Notes under the pieces: generated by a model
Seen by the model: the letters and a program-made list of their open reading frames with translations, nothing else
What the model was told of the DNA's origin: nothing
Database searches by the model: none
Translations under genes and position numbers: made by a program
Assembly (NCBI RefSeq): GCF_003719825.1
Contig: NZ_RIBS01000008.1
Span: 51,324 to 115,323 of the forward strand
From: Montanilutibacter psychrotolerans
Lineage (GTDB): Bacteria > Pseudomonadota > Gammaproteobacteria > Xanthomonadales > Xanthomonadaceae
Direction: 5' to 3'
Length of the DNA: 64,000 bases
Shown here: piece by piece, positions 56,427 to 64,000 of the stretch
How positions within the stretch are numbered: position 1 is the stretch's first letter
Layout: every line of letters begins with the position of its first letter

Positions 56427-56918
56427 TCAGGCCACCGCCGCGGTACGGCGCAGGCGACTCACCGAGTACTGCAAGGTGCTCGGCTGCAGCAGCGCATCGA
56501 AACTGATTGGCTCGCGTGCAGGCTGCACGTCGAGCAGGGCGTGGATCGAGAAGTGCAGGCCGCCGATGCTGCGCGCATTGGGCTCCAGCGACACACGCAC
56601 GTTGTGCAGGCGCGCTTCGTGGCGCGCGATCGACTGCTCCAGCGAGCGACAGATCGCTGCGCGGTCGTAGCCGTTGGAAAGGCTCATGGTCGAGAAGTCG
56701 CGCAGTCCGTAAGTCATCAACGACTTCTGGCAGTGCGGGAAGGCCTTGAGCGATTCCTCGGAGAATGCGGCGCGGCTGTTGAGCAGACCTTCGAGGTCGC
56801 GCGCCACCGATTCCTTGTACTGGTCGAGCGAGATCGACTTGAACAAACCCGTAGCCGCACGGGCACGCGGTTCGTCGTCGAACAGTTTCTCGAGCAGGCT
56901 GGGTTCGAATCCTTTCAT
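56427..56918 (-). CDS. tssE: Type VI secretion baseplate protein TssE (gp25-like)
   Basis: MKGFEPSLLEKLFDDEP... and GLLNSRAAFSEESL match the gp25/TssE lysozyme-like fold signature; 163 aa. Confidence 0.85.
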   Translation of the reverse strand: MKGFEPSLLEKLFDDEPRARAATGLFKSISLDQYKESVARDLEGLLNSRAAFSEESLKAFPHCQKSLMTYGLRDFSTMSLSNGYDRAAICRSLEQSIARHEARLHNVRVSLEPNARSIGGLHFSIHALLDVQPAREPISFDALLQPSTLQYSVSRLRRTAAVA

Positions 56919-57209
56919 GCTTCCATTCCGCCGTGGGGTCGGCGACCAGGGGTGCGGGCAGGTGAACGTCCTGCGCACCGATGAGCGCCCGAAGGCAGGA
57001 CCCGCGGGGCGGAATCCGGGATTGCGACGCAGCGCCGTGACGGCATGCCGCGACCAGCCCTGCGATCCGCACAACGACAGCCGGGAGCAGCATCGGCTGT
57101 TGGCAACGGCACCGGCACCCGCCGACGTCCTTGCCACCGCCCGGCCACTCGCCACGCAAGGGCCGCGAACGCGGTGGCGGCCTCGGCCGCCACCGCATCG
57201 ACTACAACA

Positions 57210-57707
57210 TCAAACCGCGAGCTGCGGGGTGTTCTTGGTGTTGCTCCACTGGGCAATGGTCTTGCCGCCGATTCCACCTTCCGGCTTCTGCTGCGTGTAC
57301 GACCACTTGATCGCACCGAAGCTCAGCTGGACGGACTCGGACGGCATGCCGTCGTGGCCCATGGTGGTGTTGACGCGGTGCACGAGCACGTTCAGCAGTT
57401 CGATCGTGTAGTAATTGATCGCCTTGCCGTCCTTGTCGGCGCGCATGAACTGGATCTGCGCCTTCGGGAAGGTCGTGCCGCCGGCACAGGCCTGGAACAA
57501 CGCGGTCGAAGCGAGATCGATACGCTTGTTGATCTCGATCGGGCTCATTTCAACGCGGGCAGCGGTCGTGCCGCCGGCGCTCGACGCGGTGGCCGAACGC
57601 GGCTGCAGGACGTCCTGATTGAAGGACTCGATTTCGATCCAGTCCTTGTGCTCGGAGTCCTTGGACTCGCCCTTGATGGTGTCGATGCTCAGAAAGGCAT
57701 GCTGCAT
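57210..57707 (-). CDS. hcp: Type VI secretion tube protein Hcp (TssD)
   Basis: MQHAFLSIDTIKGESKDSEHKDWIEIESFNQDV is the Hcp N-terminus; 165 aa. Confidence 0.93.
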   Translation of the reverse strand: MQHAFLSIDTIKGESKDSEHKDWIEIESFNQDVLQPRSATASSAGGTTAARVEMSPIEINKRIDLASTALFQACAGGTTFPKAQIQFMRADKDGKAINYYTIELLNVLVHRVNTTMGHDGMPSESVQLSFGAIKWSYTQQKPEGGIGGKTIAQWSNTKNTPQLAV

Positions 57708-57834
57708 GATCTGGTTTCCTTTGTTCCGTTCTTCCGTGAGATTGAGTGCCGGGTCGTGCCCGGCGTCGGTTTACAGCCAGCCTGCCGCGATGGAGGTGCG
57801 GACAGGCCGGGGTCTGCGCCCCTTCGGTGTTGCG

Positions 57835-59322
57835 TTACTTCTTGGAACCTGCCGGGAGTTCGGCAACCAGACGCAACGAGACCGAAAGCTCGTCGAGCTG
57901 GAAGTGCGGACGGAGGAAGGCCACTGCCCGATACACACCGGGCTTGCCTGGCACTTCCGAAACCTGCACTGAGGCCTCTCGCAGCGGGTATTGCGCTTTC
58001 GCTTCCTGCGTAGCGTTGTCGTCCAACAGCACGTACTGGGCAATCCACCGGTTGAGGAAATCCTCGACGTTCCCTGCCGAGGCGAAGCTGCCGATCTTCT
58101 CCCGCATCATCGCCTTGAGGTAATGGGCGACGCGCGACACGGCAAAAATGTACTGAAGCTGGGCCGACAGCACGGCGTTGGCGTTGGCTGCGTCAGTGTT
58201 GTACTTCTTGGCCTTCTGCGCCGACTGTGCGCCGAAGAACGCGGCATAGTCGGTGTTCTTGCAGTGGACCAGCGGAATGAAGCCGAGGTCGCTGAGCTCC
58301 TTCTCGCGGCGATCGGTGATCGCCACTTCGGTCGGGCACTTCAGTGCGACTTCGCCATCGTCGGTACGGAAGGTGTGGGTCGGCAGTTCCTCGACCAGGC
58401 CACCGCCTTCAACGCCGCGGATGGCGGCGCACCAGCCAAAGTCCTCGAACGCGCGCGTCAGGCGTGCGCCGAAGGCATAGGCGGTGTTGCACCACAGGTA
58501 CTTGGAGTGGTCGGCGCCGTCGACGTCCTCGACGAAGTTGAAGCCTTCGACCGTGGTGCCGTCCTTCGGGTTGTACGGCAGGCGGCCGAGGAAGCGCGGC
58601 AGCGTCAGGCCGACGTAGCGGCTGTCCTCGGAGTCGCGGAACGACTTCCACTTGGCGTACTCGACGGTGTCGAACACCTTGGCCAGATCGCGCGGCTTGC
58701 CCAGCTCGGTGAAGCTTTCCAGGCCGAACATCTCGTTGCTGGCCGCGGCGATGAACGGCGCGTGCGCCGCAGCGGCGACGTGCGACATCTGCTCGACGAA
58801 GTAAAGGTCCTCGGGCTGGCGGCCGATGTTGTAGTCGCCGATCAGCGCGCCGAACGGCGAACCACCGAACGTGCCGAACTCTTCCTCGTAGACCTTCTTG
58901 AACAGCGCGCTCTGATCGAAGTCGATCGCCGACTTGAAGTCCTTGACGAGGTCCTTCTGGTTCGCGTTCAGCACCTTGATCTTGATCTGCGTGCCGGTCG
59001 ACGTCTGGCCGCACAAGTAGTGCAGGCCGCGCCAGGTGCCTTCGAGCTTCTGGAACTCGGCGTGGTGCATGACCGCGGTGAGCTGCTCGGAAATCATCCG
59101 GTCCAGCTCGGCGACGCGCGCGTCGAGGGTCAGGTTGAGATTGTCCGAGACCACCACGGTGCCTTCCAGCACCTCGCGCGCGAGCTCGGAGATGATGTCC
59201 TTGGCACGCTTGTGCTCGGCGTCGGACTTGGCGACCTTGCTCTGCTCGACGATCTGGTCGAGCAGGCCGACCTCGGCCAACCCACCGGCGGCCATTGGTG
59301 CCCTTGCTGCCTCTCCGTTCAT
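57835..59322 (-). CDS. tssC: Type VI secretion contractile sheath large subunit TssC (VipB)
   Basis: Conserved TssC sequence along its length (ISELAREVLEGTVVVSDNL..., GRLPYNPKDGTTVEGFNFVE); 495 aa. Confidence 0.95.
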   Translation of the reverse strand: MNGEAARAPMAAGGLAEVGLLDQIVEQSKVAKSDAEHKRAKDIISELAREVLEGTVVVSDNLNLTLDARVAELDRMISEQLTAVMHHAEFQKLEGTWRGLHYLCGQTSTGTQIKIKVLNANQKDLVKDFKSAIDFDQSALFKKVYEEEFGTFGGSPFGALIGDYNIGRQPEDLYFVEQMSHVAAAAHAPFIAAASNEMFGLESFTELGKPRDLAKVFDTVEYAKWKSFRDSEDSRYVGLTLPRFLGRLPYNPKDGTTVEGFNFVEDVDGADHSKYLWCNTAYAFGARLTRAFEDFGWCAAIRGVEGGGLVEELPTHTFRTDDGEVALKCPTEVAITDRREKELSDLGFIPLVHCKNTDYAAFFGAQSAQKAKKYNTDAANANAVLSAQLQYIFAVSRVAHYLKAMMREKIGSFASAGNVEDFLNRWIAQYVLLDDNATQEAKAQYPLREASVQVSEVPGKPGVYRAVAFLRPHFQLDELSVSLRLVAELPAGSKK

Positions 59323-59328
59323 CGTCGC

Positions 59329-59832
59329 TTACTCCTGGTCAGCCTGGCCGAGCTTCTTGAGCTGCTCGGTGTTGTTGAGCACGTCGGTCAGCAGGTCTTC
59401 GAGCTTCTCGTTGCCGGCCAGCTTGTTGCGCAGATCGGCGAGCTTGGAGCGCGCTTCGAGCAGCTTGCGCAGTGGCTCGACCTGCTGCACCACGGACTCG
59501 GGACGGAAGTCCTCGATCGAGTTGAACTTGAGCTCGACGGCGAATTCGCCACCCTGGTCACTGAGCTTGTTGGGCACGCGGTAGACGGTGCGCGGCGCCA
59601 TGCCTTCCATGACTTCGTCGAAATTGTCGAGATCGACATTGACGAACTTGCGGTCCTTGATGCGCGGCAGCTGCTGCTCGGGATTGCCGCTGAAGTCGCC
59701 GAGAACGCCGACCACGAACGGGATTTCCTTCTGCTCGATCGCGTCACCCTTTTCCACGTCGTAGGTGAGCTGAACGCGCGGCGGGCGCACTTTCTGCAGG
59801 CGCTTCTGGATGCTTTCCTTCTTGGACATCAC
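59329..59832 (-). CDS. tssB: Type VI secretion contractile sheath small subunit TssB (VipA)
   Basis: MMSKKESIQKRLQKVRPPRVQLTYDVEKGDAIEQKEIPFVVGVLGDFSG; 167 aa; 6 nt upstream of tssC. Confidence 0.95.
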   Translation of the reverse strand: MMSKKESIQKRLQKVRPPRVQLTYDVEKGDAIEQKEIPFVVGVLGDFSGNPEQQLPRIKDRKFVNVDLDNFDEVMEGMAPRTVYRVPNKLSDQGGEFAVELKFNSIEDFRPESVVQQVEPLRKLLEARSKLADLRNKLAGNEKLEDLLTDVLNNTEQLKKLGQADQE

Positions 59833-59889
59833 ATCGTCTCCCTGACGATAGGCGGGACGGGCGGCGGCAACGCGGCCACCGCCTGGAAC

Positions 59890-60477
59890 TCAACGGAACG
59901 GGTTTTCGTCGCTCGGCTTGGCCTGCGGCTGCGGCTGCGGCTGCGGGCGGGCGGCCGGGCGGCCGCAACGCGAACCGCGGCACGGAGCCGGCGTGGAGGA
60001 GGCGCGGGACGGGGATTCGCCCATCGTCGAACGCAGTGCGGAAGCCAGCTGTTCGGCTTCCTTGCGGGCGGTGTCGGAGGTGGCGAGCGCGCCGTTGGCC
60101 TGCAGGCGCTGCAGCGACTGCACGGCGACGCGAAGGCCGCTGACGGTCAGAACGCTGTCGGCGACGAGGTCGGCCGGATCACGGCGCAGGACTTCCTCGG
60201 CGGCGGTGATCGCGCGGCCGTAGTTGCCGGCATCGAAGGCCAGCTGGGCGCTGCGCACCCACGGCTCTTTGTTGGTCGGATCGGCCTTGGCGGCCTCATT
60301 GAATGCAGCCAGCGCCGGCTCGACGCGCCCTGCGCTGACCTCGGATTCGGCCTGGCCGATCAACTGGGAGTAGTTGCCGCCGCCCTTCTTGGGGTTGGAC
60401 ACGCAGGCGGTCAGGCTCACCAGCAAGGTGGCCGCCACCAGGCAACGGACGACGACGAAAGACGGGTACTGCTTCAT
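59890..60477 (-). CDS. TPR-repeat lipoprotein at the head of the tssBC operon (T6SS-associated Tag protein candidate)
   Basis: Lipobox LLVSLTAC. Two to three TPR-like helices (ALAAFNEAAKADPTNKEPWVRSAQLAFDAGNYGRAITAAEEVLRRDP). Pro/Gln-rich tail. Confidence 0.6.
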   Translation of the reverse strand: MKQYPSFVVVRCLVAATLLVSLTACVSNPKKGGGNYSQLIGQAESEVSAGRVEPALAAFNEAAKADPTNKEPWVRSAQLAFDAGNYGRAITAAEEVLRRDPADLVADSVLTVSGLRVAVQSLQRLQANGALATSDTARKEAEQLASALRSTMGESPSRASSTPAPCRGSRCGRPAARPQPQPQPQAKPSDENPFR

Positions 60478-60690
60478 GCGAATTCACTCTCCCTGTGTGA
60501 GCCGCATGGGGCGATGCGGACCCAATCCCTGTGGAATGTCAGATCATGACACTTGTTAGCACCCAGAGCCGATATAGTAGCCTTTAATACCGTCGTCAAG
60601 GTGACATCACGGCGACGGCATTCTTACCGGATCGGCCGAACCTGCTTGACCCGCAAGTCCGGACAACCCGAAACAGGGGGCGCAAGCCCG
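60478..60690. promoter_or_regulatory. Divergent T6SS promoter region (tssB-side operon <-> tssJKL-side operon)
   Basis: 213-bp intergenic region with an AT-rich core (gatatagtagcctttaataccgtcgtcaaggtgacatcac) between oppositely oriented T6SS operons. Confidence 0.35.
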
Positions 60691-61365
60691 ATGGAGCGAC
60701 GCACTATGGACAGCCCCGGCAAAGTGACCAATTGTGGCACCCAAGGCCTCCGGACCCGCCGTCGCGCGGCGGCGACGGCATTGCTGGCGGTTCTGGCAGC
60801 CGTGGCGCTTGGCGGTTGCGCCAGTGGCGGCGGGGTCGGCAAGGCGGTCGGCAAGACCCTCGAGGCGATGGGCCTGAAGGCGCCGGTGGCTCCCACGCCG
60901 CAACCGGTTTCGGTGCCGCTGCGGCTGTACGCCGGCGAGAACCTCAACGCCGGCACCGGTGCCCGCCCGCTGGCCCTGGTGGTGCGGGTGTACCAGCTGC
61001 GCAACATGCAGCAGTTCGAGCAGACCCCGTTCGATGCGTTCCTCGACGAGGAGCGCGAACGCGCCGCGCTGGGCAGCGACCTGGTGCGCGTCACCGAGGT
61101 GCTGCTGCGCCCCGGCCAGCGCCACGAGATGATCGAGGACGTGGCCGCGGACGCGCGCAGCGTGGGCGTGGTGGCACTGTTCCGCACGCCGGCATCGAGC
61201 CGTTGGCGCTTCAGTTTCGACGCCCGCCAGGCCGCGAAGCAGGACGGCATCACCGTCGGCCTGCACGCCTGCGCCCTGACCACGTCGAGCGTCGCGCTGC
61301 AGACCCCGATTTCCGGCGATTCGCACGGCCTGGCGGCGGTCAATTGCGCCAGCACCCGACGCTGA
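60691..61365 (+). CDS. tssJ: Type VI secretion outer-membrane lipoprotein TssJ
   Basis: Lipobox AVALGGCAS followed by the TssJ/SciN core (LRLYAGENLNAGTGARPLALVVRVYQLRNMQQFEQTPFDAFLDEE). ATG 60691 chosen; a second ATG lies at 60706. Confidence 0.8.
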   Translation: MERRTMDSPGKVTNCGTQGLRTRRRAAATALLAVLAAVALGGCASGGGVGKAVGKTLEAMGLKAPVAPTPQPVSVPLRLYAGENLNAGTGARPLALVVRVYQLRNMQQFEQTPFDAFLDEERERAALGSDLVRVTEVLLRPGQRHEMIEDVAADARSVGVVALFRTPASSRWRFSFDARQAAKQDGITVGLHACALTTSSVALQTPISGDSHGLAAVNCASTRR

Positions 61366-61540
61366 GCGATGCCCGTCATCGCCAGCCGGTCGAGCCGGCG
61401 CCCGCAGCCCGGCAACCCTTTCCGCTTCGTCACGATGATGGATCGCGTGCGCGCCGTCCGTCGGATGTCGCCTTGCGCGAACATCGGCGAAGCACCACCG
61501 CAACAGCTGGAATGAACGCAGCGAGGCAAGCGTGAGTCGG

Positions 61541-62872
61541 ATGTCCAAGGTTTTCTGGGGCGAGGGACTGTTCCTGCGCCCGCAACACTTCCAGCGCCAG
61601 GACGCGTACCACGAGGCGCGCCTGCAGGATCTCGCCGCCACCGTGCACCCTTACGCCTGGGGCGTGCGGTTGGCGCGCTTCGATCTGGCCGGGTTGGCCA
61701 ACGGCACCTTGCGTGCGCAGCAGCTGTCGGCGGTGTTTCCCGATGGCGAGGCGTACTCGGCGCCGGGCGACGACGAGTTGCCCGAAGCACTGTCGCTGGC
61801 CAACCTTCCGGCCGGCGTGCAGTCGACCACGATCCACCTGGCACTGCCGTTGCTGAAGGATTACGGCGGCAACTGCGGTGGCGAAGGCAGCGGCGCGACG
61901 CGTTACATGCAGCACAACCGCAACACGCCCGATCTCTACACCGACGCGGGCGAAGCGGAGATGTCGTTCCTGCGCAAGACCGTGCGCCTGCTCACCGACG
62001 ACGAACCGCGCGATCCGTACGTGACCGTACCGGTCGCACGCGTCCGGCGCACCGCCACGGGCGGCTTCGAGTTCGACGAAGCCTTCCTGGCCCCCAGCAT
62101 CACCATCGCCTCGTCGCCGCTGCTGCAGCTCGAGTTGCGGCGCCTGCTGGACTCGCTGCAGGCCAAGACCGACGCGCTGTATGGCCTGCATCGCGAACCG
62201 TCGCAGTCGGTGATCGAGTTCCGCTCGGGCGATATCGCCTCGTTCTGGCTGCTGCACACCACCAACTCGGCATTCGCCGCGCTGTCCCACCTGTTCCGGC
62301 ATCCGGGCCTGCATCCCGAACGCCTGCACCAGGAACTGCTGCGCCTGGCCGGCTCGCTGCTCACCTTCTCCAAGATCTACTCGCTGGCCGACCTGCCCAC
62401 CTACCAGCACGGCAGCCCGGAGTCGGGCTTTGTGAGGCTGTTCGAGATCATCCGCGAGCTCATCGACACCGTGATCTCGGCGCGTTACTTCGCCATCGCG
62501 CTCAGCGAGGTCAAGCCGTCGTTCCACCTGGGTCGCCTCGACTCGCAACGCATCGATGAAGGCTCGGCGTTCTACCTGGGCGTCGCCGCCGACCTGCCCG
62601 GCCCCGAGCTGGTGCAGACGGTGCCGGTGCGCTTCAAGGTCGGCGCGCCGGACGATGTCGAGAAGTGCGTGCTGTCGGCGCTGCCGGGCGTGAAGCTGAC
62701 CCATGCCGCGCAGGTGCCCGCGGCGATCCCGGTGCGTCCGGGCAGCTACTACTTCGCGATCGAACCGCGTGGGCCGCTGTACGAACGCATGCTCAAGTCG
62801 CAGTCGCTGATGATCTACGTGCCCAGCGGCGTGCGTGACCTCAAGCTCGAACTGATCGCGCTCACCCCATGA
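61541..62872 (+). CDS. tssK: Type VI secretion baseplate protein TssK
   Basis: MSKVFWGEGLFLRPQHFQRQD is the canonical TssK N-terminus. The ORF track begins at an upstream GTG (61532). Confidence 0.9.
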   Translation: MSKVFWGEGLFLRPQHFQRQDAYHEARLQDLAATVHPYAWGVRLARFDLAGLANGTLRAQQLSAVFPDGEAYSAPGDDELPEALSLANLPAGVQSTTIHLALPLLKDYGGNCGGEGSGATRYMQHNRNTPDLYTDAGEAEMSFLRKTVRLLTDDEPRDPYVTVPVARVRRTATGGFEFDEAFLAPSITIASSPLLQLELRRLLDSLQAKTDALYGLHREPSQSVIEFRSGDIASFWLLHTTNSAFAALSHLFRHPGLHPERLHQELLRLAGSLLTFSKIYSLADLPTYQHGSPESGFVRLFEIIRELIDTVISARYFAIALSEVKPSFHLGRLDSQRIDEGSAFYLGVAADLPGPELVQTVPVRFKVGAPDDVEKCVLSALPGVKLTHAAQVPAAIPVRPGSYYFAIEPRGPLYERMLKSQSLMIYVPSGVRDLKLELIALTP

Positions 62873-62885
62873 AGAAGCCACGGCC

Positions 62886-63677
62886 ATGAACTATCCCAAT
62901 CCCCCCGTGCCACAGGGCATGCCGTCGCTGACACCGGACCAGCAGTCCGGCAACCCGGCCGCCGGCACCGCGCCGGCGCGAAGCCTGCTCGACCTGATGG
63001 CCGACGGCTTCTACCTGCTGATGCTGCTCAAGCGCGGCCAGTTGCCGAGCAGCGAAAGCACGTTCGTCGAATCGATCCAGCGCCTGCTGGAAACCGTCGA
63101 GCGCGGCGCGGTCAAGCTCGGCGTGTCTTCCGAAGACGTGTACGCGGCGAAGTACGCGTTCTGCGCAGCGGTCGACGAAGCGATGCTGTCCCAGCCCTCG
63201 CCGTTGCGCGAGGACTGGGAGCGCAACCCGTTGCAGCTGCGCCTGTTTGGCGAGCACCTCGCCGGCGAACATTTCTTCGATCGCCTCGAACAACTCCGCT
63301 CGCAGGGCGCACCGCGACTGGCATCGCTCGAGGTCTACCACTACTGCCTGCTGCTGGGCTTCGAAGGCAAGTACCGTCTCGAAGGTCCGGAGAAGCTGGG
63401 CTACCTCACGGCGCGCCTCGGCGACGAGATCGCCTACCTCAAGGGCCGCCGCGCGCCGTTCGCGCCGCACTGGGCGCCGCCGGATCGCATCGCCCATGCA
63501 CTGCGCCGGGTGGTGCCGTTGTGGGCACCGCTGGCGCTGTTCGCCGGTGTCGCCACGCTGTGCTACTTCGGCATGAGCGCGATGCTCCAACGCAACACCG
63601 ATCGTCAACTGGCCGGTTATAGCGACGTGGTGCAGATGCCGGCGCGCACCGCGCACCTGACCATCACACTGCCCTGA
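62886..63677 (+). CDS. tssL: Type VI secretion membrane-complex protein TssL (DotU/IcmH family)
   Basis: DotU-family cytoplasmic domain (FYLLMLLKRG...AAKYAFCAAVDEAML...LEVYHYCLLLGFEGKY) followed by a single TM helice (VPLWAPLALFAGVATLCYF). Confidence 0.88.
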   Translation: MNYPNPPVPQGMPSLTPDQQSGNPAAGTAPARSLLDLMADGFYLLMLLKRGQLPSSESTFVESIQRLLETVERGAVKLGVSSEDVYAAKYAFCAAVDEAMLSQPSPLREDWERNPLQLRLFGEHLAGEHFFDRLEQLRSQGAPRLASLEVYHYCLLLGFEGKYRLEGPEKLGYLTARLGDEIAYLKGRRAPFAPHWAPPDRIAHALRRVVPLWAPLALFAGVATLCYFGMSAMLQRNTDRQLAGYSDVVQMPARTAHLTITLP

Positions 63678-63695
63678 TCAGAAAGACCCCGCGGA

Positions 63696-64000
63696 TATGG
63701 ATATCCACGATTTTGCAGCCGCCACTGGCGGCTGGCTTGGCTTGTTGTCGCAACACGAACGCCTGATCGAGATCGACAGCGCGCTCGACGGTGCGCTGGT
63801 GGTCGAACGCTTCCGCGGCCACGAAGCAATCTGCGCCGACTACCGCTTCGACATCGACTGCCTGTCGCCGTCGGCCACACTCGACCTGGACGCCCTGGTC
63901 GCGCAGCCCGTCGCGTTGCGCCTGCGCGATGCCGACGGCGGCCACCGCCACTGGCACGGCTGGTGCACGCACGCCGCCGCGCTGGGCAGCGACGGCGGCT
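63696..64000 (+). CDS. vgrG: Second VgrG (TssI), N-terminal fragment truncated by window end
   Basis: MDIHDFAAATGG...ERLIEIDSALDGALVVERFRGHEAICADYRFDIDCLS...HGWCTHAAALG follows the VgrG N-terminal pattern (compare 47243-50036). No stop before the window end. Confidence 0.75.

Noticed and set aside
56900-56920. GGTTCGAATCC (tRNA T-loop-like) sequence
   Set aside because: No complementary T-stem, acceptor stem or anticodon arm around it. It lies at the 5' end of the tssE coding sequence (encodes KGFEP on the minus strand).
57757-57775. Short hairpin gccgggtcgtgcccggc between tssC and hcp
   Set aside because: Only a 6-7-bp stem without a U-tract. It could be a weak attenuator or processing site, but the evidence is too thin to call a feature.

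Overview
High-GC (~68-70%) gamma-proteobacterial chromosome segment; the gene content looks Xanthomonadaceae-like (Lysobacter/Xanthomonas/Stenotrophomonas style). Coding density is high, and the ORF track contains many long antisense shadow ORFs typical of high-GC DNA. Left third (1-21.6 kb): housekeeping and secreted-enzyme genes, namely two S9 (DPP-IV-like) peptidases, hemF, polA, uvrD, a GNAT, a zinc-ribbon+SDR fusion, a transglutaminase-like protein, a DUF885 protein, and ubiJ-ubiB. Middle (21.7-36.1 kb): one long minus-strand run. It starts with an oleD-oleC-oleB-like olefin module with no oleA in place. Directly upstream of that lies an unusual seven-gene cluster: DUF2170 (YjfI-like), PspA/IM30 (YjfJ-like), YqiJ/NfeD-like membrane protein, a 690-aa flotillin (YqiK-like), a ~1,790-aa protein with an N-terminal globular domain, very long coiled-coil/helical region and a single C-terminal AAA+ (MoxR/dynein-type, AAA_5-like) ATPase core, and finally a 230-aa single-HKD PLD-family protein. 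I consider the giant-ATPase + PLD pair embedded in this membrane-remodelling neighbourhood the best candidate in the window for an undescribed system. Right third (36.3-64 kb): a secreted M9 collagenase, a GntR regulator, two tandemly duplicated lipoprotein genes, and a type VI secretion cluster. The T6SS part comprises a VgrG - DUF4123 adaptor - MIX/VasX-like membrane-disrupting effector - candidate immunity module, followed by clpV, tssG, tssF, tssE, hcp, tssC, tssB and a divergent tssJ, tssK, tssL, then a second vgrG that is truncated at the window edge. I found no rRNA, tRNA or CRISPR features.
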